64,000 nt of DNA from Promethearchaeia archaeon (GTDB taxonomy: Archaea; Asgardarchaeota; Lokiarchaeia; Sigyniarchaeales; SOKP01): the NCBI GenBank assembly GCA_029856045.1, contig JAHQWG010000016.1, positions 32,001-96,000 on the forward strand. Reading direction: 5' to 3'. Below are positions 10,841-20,765 of this stretch, in pieces. A model generated the notes under the pieces. It saw only the letters and a program-made list of their open reading frames with translations. It ran no database searches and was not told where the DNA came from. Both the position numbers and the translations under genes were made by a program. How positions within the stretch are numbered: the first letter of the stretch is position 1; each line of letters starts with the position of its first letter.

Positions 10841-10855
10841 AAAAAGTGAGAAAAT

Positions 10856-11656
10856 ATGCAAATTAAAAATCAAATTAAGATAATAGGTGTTAAAAATATA
10901 CCTCTTATAAAAGAAGGAGATAATATACCAAGAATAATTTTTAATACATTAAGAGAAAACAGTTTAAACTTAAAAGATAAGGATATTATCGTTATTGCTC
11001 AATCAATTATCTCAAAAAGTAATGGGAGAATTAAAAATTTAAATGAGGTTAATCCTAGTAAAAAAGCAATTGAGATATATAAAAAAATAGAACCTAAAGC
11101 TAAAAAAGTAGGAATTCCAATGAAATCGCCAGAATTAATCCAAGCAATTTTAGATGAATCGAGAGAAATCCTTAAAATTGAGCATGTTCTAATCGTTGAA
11201 ACAAAACCACAAGGTTTTATTTGCGCTAATGCGGGAATTGATCAATCAAATGTTGCGGGAAAAAACAATATAACTTTATTACCAGAAAATCCAGATGAAG
11301 ATGCTAAGAAAATAAGGAATGAACTTAAAAAGTTAACCAAAAGAGAGGTTGCAGTAATTATTTCTGACTCATTTGGGAGACCATTTAGAAATGGATCAAT
11401 AGGTGTTGCACTAGGTATTGCTGGTATTAATCCGATATTAGATAAACGAGGGTTTAAAGATTTATTTGGTTATGAATTACAAACAACAATTATAGGACAA
11501 GCAGATAATATTGTTTCTGCAGCGCAACTAATTATGGGAGAGGCAGATGAGGGAATTCCTGTTGTAATAATTAGAGGTTATGATTACGAAATAGATGAAA
11601 ATGCTTCAATTAAGACCATTTTGAGAGAAATTGATTTAGATATATTTAGGAGTTGA
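10856..11656 (+). CDS. cofE: Coenzyme F420-0:L-glutamate ligase
   Basis: IPLIKEGD, ICANAGIDQSN, LLPENPD, SDSFGRPFR, MGEADEGIP motifs. Confidence 0.92.
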   Translation: MQIKNQIKIIGVKNIPLIKEGDNIPRIIFNTLRENSLNLKDKDIIVIAQSIISKSNGRIKNLNEVNPSKKAIEIYKKIEPKAKKVGIPMKSPELIQAILDESREILKIEHVLIVETKPQGFICANAGIDQSNVAGKNNITLLPENPDEDAKKIRNELKKLTKREVAVIISDSFGRPFRNGSIGVALGIAGINPILDKRGFKDLFGYELQTTIIGQADNIVSAAQLIMGEADEGIPVVIIRGYDYEIDENASIKTILREIDLDIFRS

Positions 11657-12285
11657 ATTTAATGGATTTATTAGAAAGTTTAAAAAAAAGAAGGAGTTAT
11701 AAATTTCCTTTTGAAAAAAAGCAAATTGACCCCAAAATAATTGAAAAATGTATCAATATTTCTAAATGGGCTCCTTCTGCACATAATTCTCAACCTTGGC
11801 GTTATATTGTATTGCAGAATATGGATCTAAGAACCAAATTAATTAATAGGATGAATAATAAGCTGAGAAAGGATTTGAGAAATGACGGTAAATCTGAAGA
11901 ATTCATAGAGAATAAAATTAAAACAACAAAAACGCAATTTCTCCAAGCACCCATTTTAATTCTCGCGGGTATTGATTTAAAGGCATTAAAAGACTATCAG
12001 GATAGTGAGAGAAAGCATAATGAGTTTGTTTTAGGAGTTTTAAGCGTCGCAAGTTCAATAACTTATTTACTAATCTCACTTCAAGAGCACGGTTTAGTTT
12101 CTTGCTGGTATTCTGCACCATTGTTTGCGAGAGAAATAGTCTCAGAAATGTTGAAATTACCGGGAACGTATTATCCATTAGCATTTATCACGGTTGGATA
12201 TCCTTCAATAAAAGAGATTACCCCCCCTAAACATCAAAAATTAGATACATTTTTATTTTATAATTCGAATTTGCCAATAACATAA
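11653..12285 (+). CDS. Nitroreductase-family protein resembling the FbiB C-terminal domain
   Basis: RRS, WAPSAHNSQPWR, SCWYSAPLF, ITVGYP motifs; start overlaps the cofE stop. Confidence 0.8.
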   Translation: MNLMDLLESLKKRRSYKFPFEKKQIDPKIIEKCINISKWAPSAHNSQPWRYIVLQNMDLRTKLINRMNNKLRKDLRNDGKSEEFIENKIKTTKTQFLQAPILILAGIDLKALKDYQDSERKHNEFVLGVLSVASSITYLLISLQEHGLVSCWYSAPLFAREIVSEMLKLPGTYYPLAFITVGYPSIKEITPPKHQKLDTFLFYNSNLPIT

Positions 12286-12298
12286 GAGTAGAGATAAA

Positions 12299-13237
12299 TT
12301 GTCAGAAAGTTCAAAAATTGTGGTCCTAGCAGGTGGGATCGGTGCAGCTAAATTAATCAATGGTTTAATCGTAGTTTTACCAGAAGAGAATTTTCAAATT
12401 ATTGTAAATACAGGAGACGACATAGAATTGTTTGGATTAAAGATTTGTCCGGATTTAGATATTATCACCTATAATATTGCGGGAATTGTTGATAAGAATA
12501 AAGGTTGGGGATTTGAGAATGATAATTTTAATTGCTTAAATATTTTAAAAAAATATTATGATTTTAATTGGTTTAATATTGGAGATAAGGATGCAGCAAC
12601 TCATATTTTTAGAACTGATTTAATGAATAAGGGAATTTCAAAATCAGAGGCCACAAAAACGATTTGCAATAAATTAGGAGTTAAATGTGAGATTATACCT
12701 ATGACTGATACATGGGTGGAGACACACATAATAACACCACGTGGAGATATTCATTTTGAAGAATATTTTATAAAATATAATACAAACATTCTAGTTAAAG
12801 ATGTAATTTTTAATGGAATAGATAAAGCCGAACCAGTAAAAGGTGTTTTAAAGAAAATTGAAAAGGCTAAAAAAATTATTATTTGCCCATCAAATCCAAT
12901 TGTATCAATTAAACCTATTTTAGAGGTAAAGGGGATAAGAGATACCTTAAAGAAAGTGAAAAATAAGGTAATTGGAGTCTGTCCTTTAATAAAAGGTGCT
13001 CCAGTGAAAGGTCCTACAGATAAATTAATGAAAGCTTTAAATCTTGAAGTTTCAGCTTTTGGAGTGGCAAAATATTATGCAGATTTTTTAGGACATTTTA
13101 TCATTGATAAACAAGATAAAAAAATTAAACCTCAAATTGAAAAATTAGGAATAAAAACCTATACGTATGATACATTAATGAAAAATTTACAAAAAAAAGT
13201 GGCATTAGCAAAATATATTATTAATTTAAACATATAA
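12299..13237 (+). CDS. cofD: 2-phospho-L-lactate/phosphoenolpyruvate transferase
   Basis: LAGGIGAAK, NTGDD, CPDLD, GDKD, HFEEYF, PSNPIVSI, VKGPTDKLM motifs. Confidence 0.92.
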   Translation: MSESSKIVVLAGGIGAAKLINGLIVVLPEENFQIIVNTGDDIELFGLKICPDLDIITYNIAGIVDKNKGWGFENDNFNCLNILKKYYDFNWFNIGDKDAATHIFRTDLMNKGISKSEATKTICNKLGVKCEIIPMTDTWVETHIITPRGDIHFEEYFIKYNTNILVKDVIFNGIDKAEPVKGVLKKIEKAKKIIICPSNPIVSIKPILEVKGIRDTLKKVKNKVIGVCPLIKGAPVKGPTDKLMKALNLEVSAFGVAKYYADFLGHFIIDKQDKKIKPQIEKLGIKTYTYDTLMKNLQKKVALAKYIINLNI

Positions 13238-13244
13238 AGTGTTA

Positions 13245-14675
13245 TTATGTGATTGTAACTTCTCCTTCTTCTTCTATTTCACTCTTTTCTTGTTCTGTAG
13301 TGACTAAATAATCTCCAACAGTAGCTTGAATTTCTTTTATTTCTCCTTCTTCCTTCAATTGACTAATTAGGGCTCTTTTTTTAACATAAGATATTATTTG
13401 AGCACTTATAGGGAAAAGTAATATTATTGGCAACATTACAACAAGTATTATTTCCGGTGAGAACATTGCAACACTTCTTGATATCGCCTCCGGTAAATTC
13501 AAAACTGAAATAATTAACCAAGAAGTATGGAGAATAATAAAACCAATAGAGATTAATGCAATTACTCTAATAAAAAAACTAGTGAGAGTTGAAATGATGA
13601 GTTTAGAAGGCCTTGGTGCGGAACTTGTGGCTGTGAGTGTATCTCGTGCTTCTGAATCTTCTATAAACAATCTTTCTATATAACTCCCTAATCGTCTTGT
13701 ATCATGAGCAGCAGAAATCAATTTCTTTTCCTCCTCTTCTAATTTCTTTTTTAATATCATCTCCTTTATATATGAGAATTTTTGTTCCTTCTTTCCTAAG
13801 AACTTAGAAATTTTTGCCCCCTTTTCAATTCCCAATTCTTCCTTTTTCTTTTTACTTTCTTCTTTAATCTGTTCAATATTTGTTGTAATCTCCAAAGCTT
13901 CTTTATTTAATACTTCTAATTGAGATTCCAATCTTTCAGTTCTTTCTAATGAAGGCATCGAGACTATATTTGTATAATTTATTTGAAAGGAGAGATCTAG
14001 ATAAATATAAAGAGCAAGTGCCAATTGAGAAATAGAACTTAAAATAAAAGCCATAAAGTCATTAACCGGTCTATCAAGAATAGATGGAAAGAGCGGATTT
14101 GGAAGATCATCTAAGTATTCTATACTAATAGTAAATAAATCAAACATATTTCTTAATCCTTCAAAGAACAGCGGAATTATAATCATTCCTACAAGGCACC
14201 CAACTACCCAGAAATTATATTTTGGATTTGTTTGAAGAATAGATCTAATAAAATTAATAATTAGAAGTAGAAATAAGATTTGAAATGATACATTATAAAT
14301 ATCATCCGTTATTAATTCAATTTGATTTAATAAACGGGTTGGAATCTGGCCCAAGGATTCTACTGATCCTTCTGGAAATGCAAACCATGAGTTTAAAAGA
14401 CCTTTAAATAAATTATCAAGAAAATTACGCATAAAAGAAGAATCAAAATGGCCGTGCCATAAAAACAAGAAAACTACCATCATGGATATTCCTACTGCGA
14501 CCAAATAGAGCAATCCAAAAATCAAATAGCTAATAATATTCTTTAAAGAAGTAATTACATTAATTATTGCAGCAAAATCAATTAAACTATTATCAAAAAT
14601 CGTATTAAAAATTGCTAAAATCCAAAAAAATACTAAAATATTTGCAACTTTTAATGTTGTTAGATACCATCTCAC
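13245..14675 (-). CDS. Multi-pass membrane protein with internal coiled coil; last gene of the MoxR operon
   Basis: Several hydrophobic segments and a K/E-rich helical insert; 3 bp from the DUF58 gene. Confidence 0.65.
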   Translation of the reverse strand: MRWYLTTLKVANILVFFWILAIFNTIFDNSLIDFAAIINVITSLKNIISYLIFGLLYLVAVGISMMVVFLFLWHGHFDSSFMRNFLDNLFKGLLNSWFAFPEGSVESLGQIPTRLLNQIELITDDIYNVSFQILFLLLIINFIRSILQTNPKYNFWVVGCLVGMIIIPLFFEGLRNMFDLFTISIEYLDDLPNPLFPSILDRPVNDFMAFILSSISQLALALYIYLDLSFQINYTNIVSMPSLERTERLESQLEVLNKEALEITTNIEQIKEESKKKKEELGIEKGAKISKFLGKKEQKFSYIKEMILKKKLEEEEKKLISAAHDTRRLGSYIERLFIEDSEARDTLTATSSAPRPSKLIISTLTSFFIRVIALISIGFIILHTSWLIISVLNLPEAISRSVAMFSPEIILVVMLPIILLFPISAQIISYVKKRALISQLKEEGEIKEIQATVGDYLVTTEQEKSEIEEEGEVTIT

Positions 14676-14678
14676 TAT

Positions 14679-16007
14679 TTAATACGCCTTCCCCTTTTTC
14701 TTTGCTTCTAAATATTGGGCTAAAATCTGAGACATCATATCATCTGGGCCCACACTAATAATTGGTACTCCCAATGCTCTGGCATTTTGTCTTATTTTTA
14801 GAATTTGTTCCATCATTTCTTCTGATATTGCTTCAGCTAGAGCTTTATCACTTGGGGATAAATCAACCTCGTGAATTTCAAACCAAGGACTAAATGGACT
14901 TACGACAACTAAAGAATGCTTCCACATTACAACTTTTTTAATTCCCTTTATAATATCATCAGAAGTTTGCTCTAAATCTGTAATTAAGAACACTAAACTC
15001 CTTTTTTGAAATCTTTTATTAATAAAATCCATTGCTTCTTCTAATTTAGTTTTTCCAGATGGTTTTACTTTTGCAATAAAATCAAGCACTTGATAGAAAT
15101 GATCGCTCCCACTATTTGGTTCCTTAAAATAATAATTTTTTTTATCTGAAAATAAAAAAACCCCAACTGAATCTTTTCTCGTGAGTGATATCTTTGTTAA
15201 TAACATTGTAGCTCTAATAGCATATTCGAATTTTGTGTTTTCAATTGATCCACCTGCCATAGACTCTCCACAATCAACCATTATTAGCACTGTAATGTCT
15301 CTCTCCGATTCAAATTCTTTAACTATGAGTTTCTGATGACGAGCACTTGCTTTCCAATCAATTAATCGAAATTGGTCTCCAAATACATATTTTCTCATTC
15401 CATAGAATTCAGAACCCAAACCTTTCATCTTTGATCTTTGAACACCGTAGTTTAAACTAAGAGATCTTTTTGAACCAAGAATTTCAATTCGTCTAATATC
15501 CTCATAAGGAGGATAAATTAAAATTTTGGTGACTGATTTTGGAACGATTCTTTCTTCAGAATTAAAACCTAATCTATCTTTTACAATGACGGATAATGGT
15601 CCAAAAGGATATTCACCTCGAACCCTTGGTTGTAAGATGTAAGAAAATTTTATTATTTCTTTTGGATCAATTCTTGTTAAAATGTAATTTTCTCCTAAAA
15701 CCAATCTGAAAAGTGTAGGGTTGTAATAATCTCTCACTTCGATAAATTCAAATTTATTTTTCCCCAAATTTTCTACAACGACTTTCACATGAACAAAATC
15801 ATCTTTGAATACCTTATTTTTCTCTAATTCCCTTGTAACCTTGAGATCTTCAATATTTAACCCTAAATAAAATGATGGCAAGCTGATAATCGTTGAAAAT
15901 AAGAGTATAATTGCAAGGAAAATTAAAAAAAAATTTACAAAGGCAAACCCTGCCATTAAAAAAAATGCAGAGAGCAGTATCAATAACCGTCCATGTCCCG
16001 CTAGTAT
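14679..16007 (-). CDS. DUF58 domain protein (VWA-like MoxR partner)
   Basis: RGEY, GSEFYGMRKYVFGD, IDWKASAR, KEFE, DCGESM, ITD motifs. The frame extends upstream of TTG 15983 to an ATA at 16007 preceded by GGTGA. Confidence 0.88.
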   Translation of the reverse strand: MLAGHGRLLILLSAFFLMAGFAFVNFFLIFLAIILLFSTIISLPSFYLGLNIEDLKVTRELEKNKVFKDDFVHVKVVVENLGKNKFEFIEVRDYYNPTLFRLVLGENYILTRIDPKEIIKFSYILQPRVRGEYPFGPLSVIVKDRLGFNSEERIVPKSVTKILIYPPYEDIRRIEILGSKRSLSLNYGVQRSKMKGLGSEFYGMRKYVFGDQFRLIDWKASARHQKLIVKEFESERDITVLIMVDCGESMAGGSIENTKFEYAIRATMLLTKISLTRKDSVGVFLFSDKKNYYFKEPNSGSDHFYQVLDFIAKVKPSGKTKLEEAMDFINKRFQKRSLVFLITDLEQTSDDIIKGIKKVVMWKHSLVVVSPFSPWFEIHEVDLSPSDKALAEAISEEMMEQILKIRQNARALGVPIISVGPDDMMSQILAQYLEAKKKGKAY

Positions 16008-16031
16008 TTTATCTTCACCATTTTATTTTTT

Positions 16032-17012
16032 TTATATAGGAACTGGTAACTCTTCCAATATTCTTTTAATAACTGTGCTAGTATCAAGACCTTCTAATTC
16101 TGCTTCTGGTTTTAATAATACACGGTGGTTTAATACTGATATACATAGTGATTTTACGTCATCAGGAGTTACATAATTCCGTCCTAGAATTGCTGCTCTT
16201 GCCTTACCACATTTCATTAATGCTAAACTTGCTCTAGGTCCAGCTCCTAGAGCAATTTGTGGGTGTTGCCTAGTTTTAATGATAATATCTCTAATATATT
16301 TAAGGATTCTATCATCAATATATACCATATTTACCAAACTTTGAATTTGAATTATTTCTTCAGAATTGGTTATATTTTCAACAGCACTTACATCTCCAGA
16401 TAATTGTCGGCGAATAATCTCAACCTCATCATCTATTTCTGGATAATCAAGCCAAAGTTTAAAGATGAACCGGTCAACTTGAGCCTCCGGAAGGGGATAT
16501 GTACCTTCCATTTCTATTGGATTTTCCGTTGCAACAACCATAAATGGTTTTTCTAATATCCTAGTTTCATTTTCAATTGTCACTTGCCGTTCAGCCATCG
16601 CTTCTAGAAGAGCTGCTTGAGTTTTAGGGGCACTTCTGTTTATTTCATCCGCGAGAACTATATTAGCGAAGATTGGTCCTGGCATTAATACAAAACTACC
16701 TTCACTTTGATCAAAAATTTTGGTGCCAGTGATGTCTGCAGGTAAGAGATCTGGTGTAAATTGTACTCTACTAAATGACATACCGAGCACTTTTGCAAAC
16801 GTTTTTGCCATAACCGTTTTTCCAAGGCCTGGTACGCCTTCTAGCAAAACATGACCGTTTACTAGAAGTGCGATAAAAAGGTTCTGCATGATTTCTCCAT
16901 ATCCTACAATAACAGATGCTACTTCTGAGAGAACATTTTGTGCAACATTCCTTACTGGAGATAGGTCAAATTCTTGTCCAAATCGGTCTTTTACTTTTTT
17001 TGGTGCTTCCAT
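16032..17012 (-). CDS. moxR: MoxR-family AAA+ ATPase
   Basis: HVLLEGVPGLGKT, RVQFTPDLLPADITG, LADEINR, ENPIEMEGTYPLPEAQVDRF motifs. Confidence 0.95.
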   Translation of the reverse strand: MEAPKKVKDRFGQEFDLSPVRNVAQNVLSEVASVIVGYGEIMQNLFIALLVNGHVLLEGVPGLGKTVMAKTFAKVLGMSFSRVQFTPDLLPADITGTKIFDQSEGSFVLMPGPIFANIVLADEINRSAPKTQAALLEAMAERQVTIENETRILEKPFMVVATENPIEMEGTYPLPEAQVDRFIFKLWLDYPEIDDEVEIIRRQLSGDVSAVENITNSEEIIQIQSLVNMVYIDDRILKYIRDIIIKTRQHPQIALGAGPRASLALMKCGKARAAILGRNYVTPDDVKSLCISVLNHRVLLKPEAELEGLDTSTVIKRILEELPVPI

Positions 17013-17079
17013 TTTTTTTCACTTTTTTATTTTTTTTTTTTTAATTTGTTTATTTTTTTAATGATTTAATTTTGGGCAA

Positions 17080-18753
17080 TCAAATTTGATTCATTGCCCA
17101 TTCCATTTCGAAGAATAACTTTTGGAACTCTTCAGGATCTTTAATTTTCTTTTTATTATTTTTAACACCAATTATTGCTTCAAAAAAATTAATTAATCTT
17201 CTTAAATTTGTTTTTGAGATATTGGCTTTTCCTTTTTCCATAATAATTAAATTAATTATATTTTCTACAGTTAAGGCTCGACCTTTTAATAAAGTATTGA
17301 TTTTTCTCTCAAGCCTTCTGAATAGTAAAGTTAAAGCTTGATTATATTTACGATTATCTTTATACCAATTAATTTTTCTTGCAAAGAAGGAGGAAGTTCG
17401 GAATTTTAATGTTTCTTCTTTCTTTTCCTCTTCTTTTTCTATCTTTTTTTCTTCTTCTTTAGCTTCTTTAGGCAAATATCTTTTAAGAGTATAAATTCCT
17501 AGTAATGGATAAATAAAGGCAGTTAGAGGATTTGTTGATAAATGAATTATATAACCTAGATAGAGACCAAAAATACCTGCAGAAGATACATCTGGCAAAT
17601 TTTCCGGTCTTATATGAGCCTCATCAAAAGTGATTATATAATTTGAAGGGTTTCCAAAGGTAAGCCAGTTTAAAATATTTAATGCAAATTGTTTGTTATC
17701 ATAATTATCATTATTTATTAGGTCATTATCAAATAAACTGGCATCTGCAGAACAGAATATACGGGAATTGTTTCCAACATCAGTTGCCATGAATACTGCT
17801 TGTGGATACCCTCCTAATGGAATTGTAAATTCGCCTTCAATCCCTAAAAATTCGCCCATGCCTCCAACAAAGGTATATCCATCATTCTCACTAGTATAAA
17901 CTCCATCTCCGTTTCTATCTATAAAGCTATATTGACTTGATTGACCAATTAAACTCCATCCAAACATATCAATAAATGGTCCACCTAAGGCACAAGATGA
18001 ACGACTTAAAATTACATTGGAAATTCCTTGGGTTGTTGGGTGAGTTTGAAAATCTGTTATAACTGGGAATGTTGGATTTGTATCATAAGAAGCATTATCA
18101 CGTAAAATTCCTTCAGGAAATATGGTTACGGGGAATGATCCAAGACTTGTAAGTGCAATTTGGTATAATAATTCTGATGTACTTCCATGATCATGACATA
18201 CAAGTAAGGAGTTATTTCCTTTCATAAAATCAATAAAAAATGGGATTTCATATAATGGATTATAAAAACGGTTTGCTCCCATTATAATTAAAACCACAGG
18301 TTTATCAAGTCTCTGAGTTGCACTTAAGTCAGTTTGAATGGAAGAAACATTGTAACTATTGTCTTCGAGTGTATCTTTCAGTTCAGAACATCCATTCCAT
18401 TTAGAATTATGTATAGAGAAATTATGGTCATTTCTTCCTTGATCTATTATAGAAGATAATAGAGGTATGAAAGATACAATGAAAATTATAAGGAATAAAC
18501 TCTGTTTCCAACTAATCTTCAATTTTTTCTCTGATTTTGCCTGTCGGGTTTTTTGTTTTCTAGAAGCAATAAAAAAAATTATAAGTCTAATTCCAATAAT
18601 TCCAGCAACTAAAAAACATACCATTGGAAGAAAACTAACAAAATAGGGAGCATTTGTCACAGTAGACAATTCAATTCCCACTACTATTAAATACACAGTA
18701 AAAAAAATATAAACTATGTATTTAGAAACTACAACACTTTTTCTTTCTGGCAT
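17080..18753 (-). CDS. Membrane protein with DUF4350/GIFT-like extracytoplasmic domain
   Basis: N-terminal TM helices, FS..N..WNG.S.L, SRIFCSADASLFDN...DNKQFALNILNWL, FDEAH, then a TM helix and charged tail. Confidence 0.65.
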   Translation of the reverse strand: MPERKSVVVSKYIVYIFFTVYLIVVGIELSTVTNAPYFVSFLPMVCFLVAGIIGIRLIIFFIASRKQKTRQAKSEKKLKISWKQSLFLIIFIVSFIPLLSSIIDQGRNDHNFSIHNSKWNGCSELKDTLEDNSYNVSSIQTDLSATQRLDKPVVLIIMGANRFYNPLYEIPFFIDFMKGNNSLLVCHDHGSTSELLYQIALTSLGSFPVTIFPEGILRDNASYDTNPTFPVITDFQTHPTTQGISNVILSRSSCALGGPFIDMFGWSLIGQSSQYSFIDRNGDGVYTSENDGYTFVGGMGEFLGIEGEFTIPLGGYPQAVFMATDVGNNSRIFCSADASLFDNDLINNDNYDNKQFALNILNWLTFGNPSNYIITFDEAHIRPENLPDVSSAGIFGLYLGYIIHLSTNPLTAFIYPLLGIYTLKRYLPKEAKEEEKKIEKEEEKKEETLKFRTSSFFARKINWYKDNRKYNQALTLLFRRLERKINTLLKGRALTVENIINLIIMEKGKANISKTNLRRLINFFEAIIGVKNNKKKIKDPEEFQKLFFEMEWAMNQI

Positions 18754-18785
18754 ATTTTAAAGATGATTTTATCTTTTTAAATTAA

Positions 18786-19151
18786 TTAAAAACTGAATTG
18801 TTTTCCAGTTATTTCTGTATAGATTTTTGAAAATAAACTTATTGTGGCCTTGAAATCAGTTTCAGTAGGTTCAACTCCTCCGTATATCGTTTCTTCAATT
18901 TTTTGAATGAATGGATAAATATTTTCCGGATTTTGGCCTAATTTTTTTACGCATGTTATTGCAAAGTCTCGAATGGTTTCAAAAAATTTTCTTGGTTGGC
19001 CATATTTTTGCCGTATTAAATCGGTATAAATTAAATAAATGTATGCAATAGCTTCTTTCATACGATCTGTTTTATTTAACACTTGTATATTTCTTTTTTT
19101 ACCTTCTATATCAAAAATAGGTTGTGTTTTCTTTTTTTTACTTTTTGCCAT
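18786..19151 (-). CDS. DUF4129-like small protein
   Basis: ETIRDFA...IEETIYGG pattern; paralogous to the C-terminus of the 519-aa neighbour. Confidence 0.6.
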   Translation of the reverse strand: MAKSKKKKTQPIFDIEGKKRNIQVLNKTDRMKEAIAYIYLIYTDLIRQKYGQPRKFFETIRDFAITCVKKLGQNPENIYPFIQKIEETIYGGVEPTETDFKATISLFSKIYTEITGKQFSF

Positions 19152-19171
19152 ATTATTTCACAATTTTTTTC

Positions 19172-19198
19172 TTTTTTTTTTTTTTTTTTTTTTTTTTT
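19172..19198. repeat. 27-nt poly(T) homopolymer (poly(A) on the coding strand)
   Basis: Counted directly; lies between two co-oriented operon genes. Confidence 0.9.
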
Positions 19199-19205
19199 CC
19201 ATATA

Positions 19206-20765
19206 TTACAATTTAATTTGATATCCTGTAAAATCATAAAATAATTTAATAAATTGAGAGAAAATTTCTACAAAATCTTCTTCACTAATTTTACCTCCAC
19301 TTCCATATAAAATTTGTTCAATTTTTTTTATGAAAGGATATATTTTTAAGGGTGTAAGCCCCATATCCCTAACACATTTGATAGCATAATCATTAATGGT
19401 TTCATTAGGCTGCTTTATTATTCCATATTTTGCTTCACTAAGTTGTAAAAAGACATAAAATAGATAAACTACTGACTCTTCACGCCTATCAGTATCTTTC
19501 AGGATAGTTATATTTTTTAACTTATTCTCAAGAGGGATTTGGACTACTTTAGGCTCAGCAGCTTGTCTCTTACTAAAAAAATAAACGGTAATAATAATTC
19601 CCGTTATTATAGCAATTATAATAATAATTGATACTGGATCAATTAGAAATCCTCCTGGTGGAGGTGGTTCAGCACCAGCAGTTACATTAACAATGATTGA
19701 TGATCGTAATGGCAAATTAAGAAGATTGTCAGTTGAAACTGTTAATGTACCATTTCCCGAAGGCACAAAGTTAAATGAAAACCCACCACTACCATTTGTT
19801 GTTAAATTTTTAATTAAAACTCCACCAAAATGAATATTAATTGATCTATTAAATATTTTAAAGGATGGATCTGTGGATGATGATAATTCTCCTCGTACGG
19901 TAATATTCTGTCCTTCGGTGATATTTTCAGGCACATTCCAATTACATGTGAAATTTGAAAATACCAATAAATTATTAATTATTAAACTTGATTCATAAAT
20001 GTTTGGAGACCCGGTGAAATTAAGAACTAACTCAATTGAACTCCAACTAGTAGAAGGGAGAGAAATTTGCCCAGAAAAATGTCCGTTTAAATCTGTTGTT
20101 ATAGTGCCCTGAGGTGAGTCCAAACCATTGATTCTCCAATATGCTTCCACATCTGTTGTAGAAATTCCAGAATTATTATCAAAATATAAATTGCCTGCAA
20201 TTTTATATTTTTCACCAATAACTTTAGGATAATTATTTATTTCTTCATAAATCATACTAGAATCTGCACCTACATTAATAAGATAATGATGGTTATATTT
20301 TGTAGGTTTATCATCAGTAACGTTAACATTGATTAAATGTGATTGATAAACATTAACCCAGATTGGAATTATTGTTGTTATTGTAAAATTTCCTGTTGCA
20401 TCTGTAACATTTTTTGCACCAATACTTTCACCAAAGTCATTTCCATCGAAAATTAAGGAGACATTTACATTTACTTGAGGGTTAGGATCATTTTTTTTAT
20501 AAACAATGCCTTTAACTGTTATTGGCTCATTATGTTTATAATTGGAATTATTTACTTCAGAGGGATTTGTCAAATTTAAAATATAATAATAAACTGCACC
20601 AGATTTCGGTAGATTATAATCATTGCTAAATTCGAATTCATTCTGGCTAATGTTAATGGAGCTAAATGAAATGTTTAAAAATGAAATTAATAAAAAAGCA
20701 AACAAAATTATTAAAGATTTTTTATGTTTTGAATCTCTCATAATTAACTTCCCAACTACTCCCAT
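19206..20765 (-). CDS. Surface protein: signal/TM, Ig-like repeats, TM, C-terminal DUF4129-like domain
   Basis: Repeated T..tG.F beta motifs, many NxS/T sequons, PPPP linker, TM helix, ETINDYA...IEQILYG tail. Confidence 0.7.
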   Translation of the reverse strand: MGVVGKLIMRDSKHKKSLIILFAFLLISFLNISFSSINISQNEFEFSNDYNLPKSGAVYYYILNLTNPSEVNNSNYKHNEPITVKGIVYKKNDPNPQVNVNVSLIFDGNDFGESIGAKNVTDATGNFTITTIIPIWVNVYQSHLINVNVTDDKPTKYNHHYLINVGADSSMIYEEINNYPKVIGEKYKIAGNLYFDNNSGISTTDVEAYWRINGLDSPQGTITTDLNGHFSGQISLPSTSWSSIELVLNFTGSPNIYESSLIINNLLVFSNFTCNWNVPENITEGQNITVRGELSSSTDPSFKIFNRSINIHFGGVLIKNLTTNGSGGFSFNFVPSGNGTLTVSTDNLLNLPLRSSIIVNVTAGAEPPPPGGFLIDPVSIIIIIAIITGIIITVYFFSKRQAAEPKVVQIPLENKLKNITILKDTDRREESVVYLFYVFLQLSEAKYGIIKQPNETINDYAIKCVRDMGLTPLKIYPFIKKIEQILYGSGGKISEEDFVEIFSQFIKLFYDFTGYQIKL

